A stretch of DNA of 64,000 bases from an uncultured Candidatus Peribacteria bacterium (GCA_964534565.1 CAZHON010000001.1:390532-454531), one strand, 5' to 3'. Counted from the stretch's first letter, positions 1 through 7,869 are shown. The notes: generated by a model from the sequence alone, not told the origin. A program made the numbers and translations.

Positions 1-11
1 TTATTGGCGCA

Positions 12-1361
12 ATGCTAGCGGTTTGCGTGATTCCAGCGATTGCCGCAACGACAACAACTCCGCCCCCAATTGTCAGCCGTGCAGAGGCCGTGAAGACCAT
101 TGTCGAAGGAAACTCTCTCTTGAAACAGCGAATGGAGTTTTATCGTGGTCACATGCCAAAGCTCCCGTTGTTCAGTGACGTGCCTCAACTCTCCGGTCTT
201 TCCCCGTACCTTGAAGCAGCATTTGAACAAGGAGTGATTACCGGAAACGACGATCGTATCTTCCGCCCGACGGAAGCCATTCGCCCTGAAGAGGAAATAA
301 CATTGCTCGCTCGCGCTCTCGCTCTTGGAAACGAAGATGCTGCTCGCGGTGTTGCCCAAGGTCCGTCTGCAGGTGAGGAGTGGTATGCACAGAGTTTGCG
401 CATTGTGCAGGCACAAGGAATTCCCGTTCCAGCCACGACAGCCTTTGGTCATCCGCTCGCTCGTGCGTCGTTCAACGAAATGAATCAGAAGGCGATTGCA
501 CTGATGAAGGTGAATCAACCGGTGCAGGTCGCAAGCTCTGCGTTGCCGACAACTCCTGTGCAGCCACAGCCGACTGTTTCCGCACCGAATGTTCCACAAT
601 TCTTGCCCATTAAGAAAATTCAGCCACTCACAGCGCCTACCACAGGACAGACCATCAACTCTCCCGGAACCTCTATTGTCGCGAATGCAGGAGGAACGGA
701 TATCACTGGAGCGAGTGCAAACGTCAATGCAGGTCAGGGAACACTCTCACCTTCTATGGGAGGAACAGTTCAAGTTGCTCAAGCGCAAGGTGTAGAGATT
801 AGTGCAGGCAACGGAGGAGGTGCATCGATCTCCGCTGGAGGTGGTGGTTCGACTTTCACCGACGTTCTCAGTAATCCGCAGGGGATTGGAGGCGAGATCA
901 ATGCGGGTGGTGGTGACGTGGGAGCGACGGGATCTGCCACATCCTTCACGATCAACATTCCAAGCCTTGGAATCGGTCCCCTCTATGTCAGCAACCCCGA
1001 AGATCCATTCACACATGACGGATTGCTCCAGCCTCTGAAGAACGGTGTTGGCCACTTGTTTGGAAACCCAGGTGGAGGTGGAAAGATTCTGGTGTACGGT
1101 CACTCCAGCTCCTACCCATGGGATCTCTCGCCTTATACGAAAATCTTCCGCCAGATCAACAAGGCGAACATCGGCGATACCGTCTCCATCGATTACATGG
1201 GCCAGACGTACAACTACCGTGTCAGCTTCAAGGAGACCGTTCCTGCCAATGACATGACGGCGTATCAGGATTCCGGTTCCGGTGAGGACTTGATCCTCTA
1301 CACCTGTTGGCCACCAGATAGCATCACGCAGCGCTACTTGGTGCATGCGACGCCGATTTAA
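12..1361 (+). CDS. Secreted SLH-like module fused to a C-terminal sortase-fold transpeptidase; the frame is open to the window edge, so the true N-terminus may lie upstream
   Basis: 449-aa ORF. SLH-like 'FSDVPQLSGLSPYLEAAFEQGVITGNDDRIFRPTEAIRPEE'; Gly/Ala/Ser-rich linker; sortase-type His 'LVYGHSS', Cys 'LILYTCWP', Arg 'TQRYLV'. Confidence 0.75.
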   Translation: MLAVCVIPAIAATTTTPPPIVSRAEAVKTIVEGNSLLKQRMEFYRGHMPKLPLFSDVPQLSGLSPYLEAAFEQGVITGNDDRIFRPTEAIRPEEEITLLARALALGNEDAARGVAQGPSAGEEWYAQSLRIVQAQGIPVPATTAFGHPLARASFNEMNQKAIALMKVNQPVQVASSALPTTPVQPQPTVSAPNVPQFLPIKKIQPLTAPTTGQTINSPGTSIVANAGGTDITGASANVNAGQGTLSPSMGGTVQVAQAQGVEISAGNGGGASISAGGGGSTFTDVLSNPQGIGGEINAGGGDVGATGSATSFTINIPSLGIGPLYVSNPEDPFTHDGLLQPLKNGVGHLFGNPGGGGKILVYGHSSSYPWDLSPYTKIFRQINKANIGDTVSIDYMGQTYNYRVSFKETVPANDMTAYQDSGSGEDLILYTCWPPDSITQRYLVHATPI

Positions 1362-1399
1362 ATCATTCAGTGTCATGCACAGTGGAGCATGTTCCGTGG

Positions 1400-1427
1400 G
1401 CACACAGAACAAGGTGTGTGTGTTTTT
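1400..1427 (+). terminator. Weak rho-independent terminator candidate after the sortase gene
   Basis: CACACA(1401-1406)/TGTGTG(1415-1420) stem, 8-nt loop, then TGTTTTT. Confidence 0.35.
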
Positions 1428-1438
1428 GATGTGGTATT

Positions 1439-1472
1439 CCCTCTCCCCTTGGGAGAGGGCTAGGGAGAGGGA
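1439..1472. repeat. CCCTCTCCC-ctt-GGGAGAGGG-cta-GGGAGAGGG palindromic motif cluster upstream of the DUF559 gene
   Basis: Perfect 9-bp stem 1439-1447/1451-1459 plus a third arm 1463-1471. CCCTCTCCC recurs at 1849-1857, followed by the hairpin CCCTCCCC-cacaa-GGGGAGGG (1861-1881). Confidence 0.6.
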
Positions 1473-1496
1473 ATGAAAAACGAATAGATTGTTAGA

Positions 1497-1889
1497 ATGT
1501 TCACGAAACTATTACCTTCTAGCTCTTCTTTAATGCTTACCCGTGCGAGGTCGCTACGTGTACGTCAGGTATTTGTTGAGAGGAGACTTTGGCAACAACT
1601 GAGAGCAAAGCGATTTCATGGAATAAAATTCCGCAGACAAGTTCCGATTGGGCCATATATTGTAGATTTTCTCCAAGTAGATTCGAAGTTAGTCATTGAA
1701 CTCGATGGTAGCTCCCACTGGCAAGTCGGTGCCCAAGAATATGATGCAATTCGAGATGACTATTTACGATGCAAAGGGTTTCGGGTTATCAGATTCCAAA
1801 ATCATGAAGTGATCTTTTCTTTTGAAAATGTACTCAGTCGCATAAAAGCCCTCTCCCTGACCCTCCCCCACAAGGGGAGGGAAGACTGA
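1497..1889 (+). CDS. DUF559 (Vsr/endonuclease-like fold) domain protein
   Basis: 130 aa. 'RQLRAKRFHGIKFRRQVPIGPYIVDFLQVDSKLVIELDGSSHW...DAIRDDYLRCKGFRVIRFQNHEV' is the typical DUF559 core. Ends in TGA. Confidence 0.85.
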   Translation: MFTKLLPSSSSLMLTRARSLRVRQVFVERRLWQQLRAKRFHGIKFRRQVPIGPYIVDFLQVDSKLVIELDGSSHWQVGAQEYDAIRDDYLRCKGFRVIRFQNHEVIFSFENVLSRIKALSLTLPHKGRED

Positions 1890-1906
1890 AAGAGTCTTCC
1901 TTTTTT
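1880..1906 (+). terminator. Rho-independent terminator overlapping the DUF559 stop codon and abutting the convergent ATPase gene end
   Basis: GGAAGACT(1880-1887)-gaaag-AGTCTTCC(1893-1900) followed by TTTTTT(1901-1906). Confidence 0.75.
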
Positions 1907-4406
1907 ATGCACCAATTCTCCTTAAGATTTCCCTGTTCACGAAGTCCTTCGCACGACCGTACTTCAATCGCGAGAGCTGCTTGTAGGCTTCTGCAGCTTG
2001 ATCATCCTTTGCGTAGGATTTGTCGAGCCATGGGCGAGGAACTTCAATCGTGAATGGTCGGCTTGGCTGACCGTCGATACAGAGTTTCATCGCACCCTTG
2101 AAGGCATCCATGTTCACAAGATCCTGCTCGCTGAAGGTTGGAGCCATTTCTTTGCCACCGACTTCCGCATCCTGAGGACCGATCTTATAGAACATCATGG
2201 AACCGACGTTTCCGAAGATTGCACCCTTCAAACTCACAGCACCTGCAAGCTTGCTGTCCTTCTCCAGCTGATCGATATACTGGTGAGCGAGCACGAGTCC
2301 CAGGCGGTACTTACGCGCTTCGGACAAAATGGATTCAATGGAAGGCGTCACGAAGTTCTGGAATTCATCGATGTAGAGGAAGAAGTCTTTGCGTTCTCCA
2401 GCCGCTTGGCGCTGACGACGCATCGCTGCGACCTGAATCTTGTTCACCATGATCATACCAAGCAGGGTCGAGTTGATGTCTCCGATGAGACCCTTCGACA
2501 GGTTCATGAGGATGATCTTGTTGCTGTTCATACACTCGCCGATGTCGAAGCTGCTCTTCGTTTGACCGACGATGTTGCGGATCAAGGTGTTGGTTACGAA
2601 CTGTCCGAACTTCGCTGCGAAGTAGGGGATCATTTCCTGCTTTTCGCGCTGACCTGTCTTGGCCATCTGGTTTTCCCAGAAGCTGCGAACGATCGGGTTC
2701 TTCACCTTGGCAACCTTGTACTTCTGCCATTCGTCATCGGTGAACAGACGGACCATGTCCGTGATGGCGCCTCCTTCCTCCTGGTCTTCCATGAGCGTAA
2801 GACAACCGTTGCGGAAGTAGTCCTGAATGCGTGGTCCGAAGATTTCTTCACCGAACATTTTCACCATCATGTTCATAGCATCGAGAGCGATGAGGTCACG
2901 TTCTTCCTCCGTTTTTCCTTCCAACATGTTGAGTCCAAGCGGACGCTCCGTATCGGCAGGGTTGAAGTAGATCACATCATCGGCACGTTCGCGTGGAATG
3001 TACGGGATGAGATCTTCAATCAATGATCCGTGTGGATCGACGATGCACATGCCTTTTCCGTTGTGAAAGTCCTGACGAGCCATCAGTTGCAGAATCGAGG
3101 ACTTACCCGTTCCCGTTTGTCCGATGATATAGAAGTGACGGAAGCGGTCATCCGGCTTCATGTAGACCGGCTTCTTTTCGCCACGATAACTGTTGTATCC
3201 AAGGAAGAGTCCTTCCTCTGGAACGTTCTTTGGAGCGGGAGCAATTTTGAAGTTCTGCCACTTGATCATTTCCGCCTTGTTGTAGCGTGTATGAGGAAGA
3301 TGGAAGAAGCTTGCGAGTTCACCGGTACCGAGGAGCAAGCTGTGTCCCTGCAACTTCGTCAGAAGACTCATGCGGGGGAGGCGCTGAATGAATTGGCGGA
3401 TCGTGGCTTTTCGGTTTTCCAACTTTGGTTTCTTGAAATGATTTCCACGAACATCGTTGTACTGTCCAAAACTTGCAAGCACCGTATCCAAAATCATTTG
3501 TGAGCGAGCACTGTTCGTTCCCGAGGCGATCACGCGAATGACGGCGTTGAATCCCGGGTTGCCCGCTTTTTCATCGACGGCCTTGCTGTACTCCTCCACC
3601 ATCTGCGACACGCGATCATGTCCGCCTCCATCTTTATGATCAGTGAGATCACTTGGAGAAGACAGAAGAGAGAACAATGCTTGCAGCCAGGAAAGGGGAT
3701 TGAACAACGAGGCGCTGTGGTGTTTCTTTGCGGGGTTCAAAAGATCGGCTGCCTCCTTCTGCAGTTTCGTCTGCCAACCCGGTTTTGCTGGACTGAGAAT
3801 GTACTGAATTGCGGCACCTTCGTCTTTATTGAGCTTGGAGAACGCGTTTGTTACTCCATTGAGCGGATCGCTCTTCAATTGCTGGTAGGTGCGGAAGACG
3901 GACGTGAAGGGCTTGTGCGCGACAATCGTCTGCGCAGTCACAACGGAGTGCGGTGTGAAGATGTTGTAATCTTCCACTTCATCCATCACCAGTTCCGGGT
4001 AGAACGATGTGAATTGTTTTTCGACCAAGTGTGCAATGGAGCGAGGGCACACGACGAAGAAGAGAATCTCGCCGGCAAGTGCCGCGTACTCTACGGAGAA
4101 GAACGGTTGTCCGTGGAAGACGCCGCTCATGTGTTCGTCGTAGATGCTGTGGAGGGACGCGAACAAGTGATCCATCACACCGATCACTTCTTTGAAATCT
4201 TTTCCGAACTGATCACTCTCCACTTCTTTCTCTTCACGCGACTCTTTCTTCTGAACGAGGATCTGTAAGAATACCAAATCCTCCGTGCGATGACGTTCGG
4301 CACTGCGTCGTGACCAGAGAACGTACAGTCCCGCGAGACCGACGGTCAGACAGAGCCAAAGGAAGATCGAAACGAGAGGCATGATGAAATCGTACCATTG
4401 TACCAC
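1905..4406 (-). CDS. TraD/VirD4-family (T4SS coupling-protein-like) membrane P-loop ATPase, paralogue 1
   Basis: 833 aa. N-terminal TM 'PLVSIFLWLCLTVGLAGLYVLW'; Walker A 'IIGQTGTGKSS'; 'VDPHGSLIEDL'; Walker B 'FFLYIDEFQNF'; 'LVLAHQYIDQL'. Alignable over its full length with the ORF at 35091-37700. Confidence 0.75.
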   Translation of the reverse strand: MVQWYDFIMPLVSIFLWLCLTVGLAGLYVLWSRRSAERHRTEDLVFLQILVQKKESREEKEVESDQFGKDFKEVIGVMDHLFASLHSIYDEHMSGVFHGQPFFSVEYAALAGEILFFVVCPRSIAHLVEKQFTSFYPELVMDEVEDYNIFTPHSVVTAQTIVAHKPFTSVFRTYQQLKSDPLNGVTNAFSKLNKDEGAAIQYILSPAKPGWQTKLQKEAADLLNPAKKHHSASLFNPLSWLQALFSLLSSPSDLTDHKDGGGHDRVSQMVEEYSKAVDEKAGNPGFNAVIRVIASGTNSARSQMILDTVLASFGQYNDVRGNHFKKPKLENRKATIRQFIQRLPRMSLLTKLQGHSLLLGTGELASFFHLPHTRYNKAEMIKWQNFKIAPAPKNVPEEGLFLGYNSYRGEKKPVYMKPDDRFRHFYIIGQTGTGKSSILQLMARQDFHNGKGMCIVDPHGSLIEDLIPYIPRERADDVIYFNPADTERPLGLNMLEGKTEEERDLIALDAMNMMVKMFGEEIFGPRIQDYFRNGCLTLMEDQEEGGAITDMVRLFTDDEWQKYKVAKVKNPIVRSFWENQMAKTGQREKQEMIPYFAAKFGQFVTNTLIRNIVGQTKSSFDIGECMNSNKIILMNLSKGLIGDINSTLLGMIMVNKIQVAAMRRQRQAAGERKDFFLYIDEFQNFVTPSIESILSEARKYRLGLVLAHQYIDQLEKDSKLAGAVSLKGAIFGNVGSMMFYKIGPQDAEVGGKEMAPTFSEQDLVNMDAFKGAMKLCIDGQPSRPFTIEVPRPWLDKSYAKDDQAAEAYKQLSRLKYGRAKDFVNREILRRIGA

Positions 4407-4422
4407 GAAAAACGCTCATCCC

Positions 4423-4800
4423 CTAGCCCCCGTGGCGAATTTTTATCAGACGCTCCACCATCTCCAAAAGCGACTTGATGGTCATATCTTTCTTCACGAA
4501 GTAATCGTCAGCTCCCAACTCCTGTGCTTTTCGCTTGTTTTCACTGTCATCGAAGTTGCTGAGCATGATCACAGGGAACGGACGCTCCTTCGTCAAACTG
4601 GACAATACCTGCAGTCCGTCGACGATCGGCATATGGATATCCAAAATAAGCACATCGGGTGCTTGCTGGGCCAATTGATTGAGCGCTTCTTGCCCATTCT
4701 CTGCGGTGCGGATGTCGTAACCGGAGAGCGTAAACTTCTTCACGTAGAGATTTCTGAGAACAGAATCGTCTTCTGCAATGAGGATTGTTCCTTTTGCCAT
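4423..4800 (-). CDS. Stand-alone CheY-like response-regulator receiver domain
   Basis: 'ILIAEDDSVLR', phospho-acceptor context 'DVLILDIHMPIVDG', 'VIMLSNF', 'DDYFVKK'. ATG at 4800 is preferred over 4818. 16 nt upstream of ATPase paralogue 1 on the same strand. Confidence 0.85.
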   Translation of the reverse strand: MAKGTILIAEDDSVLRNLYVKKFTLSGYDIRTAENGQEALNQLAQQAPDVLILDIHMPIVDGLQVLSSLTKERPFPVIMLSNFDDSENKRKAQELGADDYFVKKDMTIKSLLEMVERLIKIRHGG

Positions 4801-4894
4801 GGCAACATTGTAGCACATTTTGTCCCCTTCTGGAATGGGCTGGATTGGGACTGGCGCACGGACACGAAAAAGTGTATACTGTAAAGATTTGCGC

Positions 4895-6772
4895 GTGACC
4901 TCACGTCCTCATCGGCTTCTCTTGCTCCTCACTGTTCTCATTGCGTTGGGAACAGGCGTTGAGCATTTGATGCTTCCCGCTCAGCTTTCTGACTGTATCG
5001 GAAAGCCCTACGGGACGCCGGGATGTCCCACGAAGCGCACGGAAACAGAAACCATTCGTCCTCCACATTGTGGTGATGGAGTCCTGCAAGCTGAGGAGGG
5101 TGAACAGTGTGATGCCGGTCGCAGCAACGGAGTGAGCAGCTGTACCGACTCTTGTACGCAGCTCTTCTGTGGAGATGAAATTGTCAGCCCTGCAATCGGC
5201 GAAGAATGTGAACCGACGGTGCAGGAGGTGTATGTCCAAGACCCGGTGACCGGAACCCTGACAACGCAGTTGAAATTCATGGAAAAGGCCTGTGGTGTGA
5301 TTTGCACCGTTCCTACCTGCGATGACGCAAGTCACTGCACGGGTGGATGTACACGCCGCTTCCTTCCTTCTTGTGCGACAACGCCAACATTCGGCGGTGT
5401 GACCACGGTTGTGACTTCTTCCACTGCTTCGACTACGAGTTCAAAGTCTTCCGAGGCAGCCGCTCCATCGTCCGCCGCTGCAGCTCCTCCTGTACAGGTA
5501 ATGTTCGTACAGCAGCCAGCCACGACCCCGACACAACCGACTCAACAGCCTACGACGCCCGTTGCTCCGCAGGCTCCTGTTTCTTCGGCCCCTGCAAAAC
5601 CGGTCTGTGGAAACGGCACCCTTGAAGTTGGCGAACAGTGTGACGACGGAAACCATATCGATACCGATACGTGCTCCAACAATTGCACAACGGCACGCTG
5701 CGGAGACGCAGTTGTTCAGTTGTGGGAACAGTGCGATGACGGAAACCAGGTCAACACCGACGCCTGTACGAACACCTGCAAACTTCCTTCTTGTGGCGAT
5801 GGGTTCGTCGGAGTGGGTGAGCAGTGTGACGATGGAAACCAGGTCAACACTGACGCTTGCACCAACCTTTGCAAAACGCCGATCTGCGGTGATGCAATCA
5901 TGCAACCAGGGGAAGAGTGCGACGATGGAAACAGCAATAACGGAGATAACTGTTCCAATGAATGTAAGCACCCACGTTGCGGTGACAATATCGTCCAGCA
6001 AACGGAACAGTGTGATGACGGGAATCAGACCGATACCGACACATGCTCCAACAAATGTACGACCGCTCGTTGCGGAGATAACATTATTCAGTTGTGGGAA
6101 CAGTGTGACGACGGCAACACGAACAATAACGATGGTTGCACAAACACCTGCAAACTCGCTTCCTGCGGTGATGGCATTGTGAACGCCGGCGAGCAGTGTG
6201 ATGACGGCAATTCCTCAAACACGGACGAATGTACGAATGCATGCAAGCTCCCTGTGTGTGGAGACGGCTCCGTACAGAACAGTGAAGAATGTGACGATGG
6301 AAACACTCGCGATGGAGACAACTGCTCCAGCACGTGTAAGTCCCCACTGTGTGGCAACGGAATCAAGGAAGGAAGCGAACAGTGCGACGAAGGTGCCCGC
6401 AACGGTGACCTTCCAAACATTTGCCGCAAGACATGCAAATTGCCTTCCTGCGGAGACGACGTGGTTGATGCAGGCGAACAGTGTGACGGTACGGCCGATT
6501 GCACAACAAGCTGCAAGACGATTGCGGCTGCCTTCCATGAAGCAGCACCAACCGTTCCTGTGACTCCACAGCAGGCAGCAAGTGACAACCGCACGGCATT
6601 CATTGTTGGCGGAGTCTTGATCGCTCTCTCCCTGACTTTCTTCCTTCTCTACAGCGCTCGCACTCGTTTGCGCAAGTTGGTGAGTTTCGGAAGCAAGAGT
6701 GGTACCGCCGGCGGAACAGAAATTGACGATGTGCCTCTCGATGAACTCGAGATGCCATGGCATCAGTGGTAA
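4895..6772 (+). CDS. Type-I membrane-anchored surface protein with Cys-rich 'CGDG..GEQCDDGN..N.D.C...C' repeats (Myxococcus-type cysteine-rich repeat/DUF4215-like)
   Basis: In-frame GTG at 4895 gives the signal-like N-terminus 'VTSRPHRLLLLLTVLIALG' (the ORF track starts at 4820). Two N-terminal plus ten tandem repeats; S/T/A/P linker; C-terminal TM 'AFIVGGVLIALSLTFFLLY' plus a basic/acidic tail. Confidence 0.8.
   Translation: MTSRPHRLLLLLTVLIALGTGVEHLMLPAQLSDCIGKPYGTPGCPTKRTETETIRPPHCGDGVLQAEEGEQCDAGRSNGVSSCTDSCTQLFCGDEIVSPAIGEECEPTVQEVYVQDPVTGTLTTQLKFMEKACGVICTVPTCDDASHCTGGCTRRFLPSCATTPTFGGVTTVVTSSTASTTSSKSSEAAAPSSAAAAPPVQVMFVQQPATTPTQPTQQPTTPVAPQAPVSSAPAKPVCGNGTLEVGEQCDDGNHIDTDTCSNNCTTARCGDAVVQLWEQCDDGNQVNTDACTNTCKLPSCGDGFVGVGEQCDDGNQVNTDACTNLCKTPICGDAIMQPGEECDDGNSNNGDNCSNECKHPRCGDNIVQQTEQCDDGNQTDTDTCSNKCTTARCGDNIIQLWEQCDDGNTNNNDGCTNTCKLASCGDGIVNAGEQCDDGNSSNTDECTNACKLPVCGDGSVQNSEECDDGNTRDGDNCSSTCKSPLCGNGIKEGSEQCDEGARNGDLPNICRKTCKLPSCGDDVVDAGEQCDGTADCTTSCKTIAAAFHEAAPTVPVTPQQAASDNRTAFIVGGVLIALSLTFFLLYSARTRLRKLVSFGSKSGTAGGTEIDDVPLDELEMPWHQW
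5606..6517 (+). repeat. Ten tandem 31-codon (93-bp) coding repeats with a higher-order 4-unit duplication
   Basis: Units start CG(N/D)G/A/N... Units 1-4 pair with units 5-8, e.g. '..VVQLWEQCDDGNQVNTDACTNTCKLPS' with '..IIQLWEQCDDGNTNNNDGCTNTCKLAS'. Confidence 0.9.
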
Positions 6773-6787
6773 AAGTCGATCGTGGAA

Positions 6788-6880
6788 GAGAAACCTACGG
6801 TTTCCCTCCCACGGACCCTCCTTTCCCTCAAAGGAGTCCTTCAGCGTCGGGGCCCACGAGACCCAACGCTTCGGACTGTT
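6788..6880 (+). repeat. Copy A of an approximately 95-nt multi-hairpin intergenic element (copy B at 23711-23807)
   Basis: About 90% identical by eye to copy B in the same orientation. Hairpins GAAACC-tac-GGTTTC, CTCCTTT-ccctc-AAAGGAG, AGCGTCGGGG...CCCAACGCT. Confidence 0.8.
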
Positions 6881-6906
6881 TATTTATTGTCAGCGGACGA
6901 TATTTG

Positions 6907-6934
6907 AAAAACCCGGCGTAGGCCGGGTTTTCTT
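6907..6934 (+). terminator. Rho-independent terminator (A-tract upstream, possibly bidirectional)
   Basis: AACCCGGC(6910-6917)-gtag-GCCGGGTT(6922-6929), then TTTCTT; preceded by GAAAAA. Confidence 0.6.
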
Positions 6935-6996
6935 CTAACTTGTTCCGAAGGCGAGCTTTGCTTGCCTGCAGGAACTCCGCTGCAGGGAAGGGAGAA

Positions 6997-7026
6997 CTGA
7001 GGGAAACCGTCGTAGGTTTCCCTCAG
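6997..7026 (-). terminator. 12-bp perfect hairpin 3 nt after the tsf stop codon (terminator candidate, weak U-tract)
   Basis: CTGAGGGAAACC(6997-7008)-gtcgta-GGTTTCCCTCAG(7015-7026). Shares the GGAAACC/GGTTTCC core with the repeat element. Confidence 0.5.
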
Positions 7027-7028
7027 AA

Positions 7029-7805
7029 TTATGCGACGGACACACGGACATATGCCGTGACGTTGTTTCCTGCAAGGTACTGTTCGACAGTCTTGCTTGG
7101 GTCCTTTGCGAATGCCTGTGTAAGGAGAGCTGTCTCTTCGCGGAACTTCTTTTCCTTACCCATCATGATCTTCTGCTTGATATCCTCAGGCTTTGGATCG
7201 TTGGCCATCTGAGCGGTCCAAATTTCCTTCTCCTTTGCGACGACGTCGTCGAGCACTTCCTTTGGAGATACGACCGTTGGGTTGAAGGCTGCAGCGTGCA
7301 TACCGACATCACGAGCGTGTTCGACCGTTCCGCCATCGAGACCGATGACGACACCGATCTTTGCATTGCTGTGCAGGTAGGAACCGATGACCGGTGCCGA
7401 GACAACGTAGATGTTGCCCAGCGTGATGTTCTCACCAAGCTTCTGGACGATTTCAGGAAGGAGTTTCTCAGCGACAGTCTTTCCTGCTGCTTCACCGTTG
7501 TTGAGCGCCTCTTCTGCGATTGCCTTTCCAGCTTCCTGGAAGTTCGTGTCGCGAGCGACGAAGTCTGTCTCACAGCGGATCAACACGATTGCTGCCTTGC
7601 CGGCTGCTTCCTTGATGAAGACGAGGCCTTCCTTCTGGTCGCGGTCTGCCTTTTTGGCAGCCTGCGCCATTCCGCGCTTGCGGAGGAACTCGATTGCTTT
7701 TTCTTCGTCACCATCTGTTGCTTCCAATGCTTCTTTGCAGGCCATCATGGAGACGCCTGTGCGAGCGCGAAGGCTGGCGACTGCTGCTGCGGTTATTGCG
7801 GACAT
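7029..7805 (-). CDS. tsf: Translation elongation factor Ts
   Basis: 'ITAAAVASLRARTGVSMMACKEALEATDGDEEKAIEFLRKRGMAQAAKKADR' UBA-like N-terminus; downstream of rpsB. Confidence 0.95.
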   Translation of the reverse strand: MSAITAAAVASLRARTGVSMMACKEALEATDGDEEKAIEFLRKRGMAQAAKKADRDQKEGLVFIKEAAGKAAIVLIRCETDFVARDTNFQEAGKAIAEEALNNGEAAGKTVAEKLLPEIVQKLGENITLGNIYVVSAPVIGSYLHSNAKIGVVIGLDGGTVEHARDVGMHAAAFNPTVVSPKEVLDDVVAKEKEIWTAQMANDPKPEDIKQKIMMGKEKKFREETALLTQAFAKDPSKTVEQYLAGNNVTAYVRVSVA

Positions 7806-7869
7806 AGATTGTGGGGTAGGGGATACGAGTATGGAGGATCAAAGCGGAATCAAGAATTGCGGAGAACAA

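Noticed and set aside
1497-1889. Annotating the DUF559 gene as a mobile element or homing endonuclease
   Set aside because: Only a nuclease-fold domain and flanking palindromes are visible, with no transposase, intron or intein context. It is reported as a finding, not as a mobile_element feature.
1998-3026. 342-aa plus-strand ORF (and 3030-3503, 3618-4268) opposite the ATPase paralogue 1 gene
   Set aside because: These are shadow ORFs antisense to a gene with clear Walker A/B and coupling-protein motifs. The translations are low-complexity with no recognisable motif.
4820-4894. Upstream ATG start (4820) for the Cys-rich repeat protein
   Set aside because: It would start 2-20 nt from the divergent receiver gene start and add 25 non-signal residues. 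GTG at 4895 gives a canonical basic-hydrophobic signal and sits behind a TATACT box (4875-4880). The choice remains uncertain.
5606-6517. Possible CRISPR array or other non-coding tandem repeat, given the regular repeats here, at 19587-19850 and at 30554-31246
   Set aside because: All three are in-frame coding repeats of 93 bp, 30 bp and about 240-300 bp, with protein-level conservation. There is no repeat-spacer architecture and there are no cas genes.
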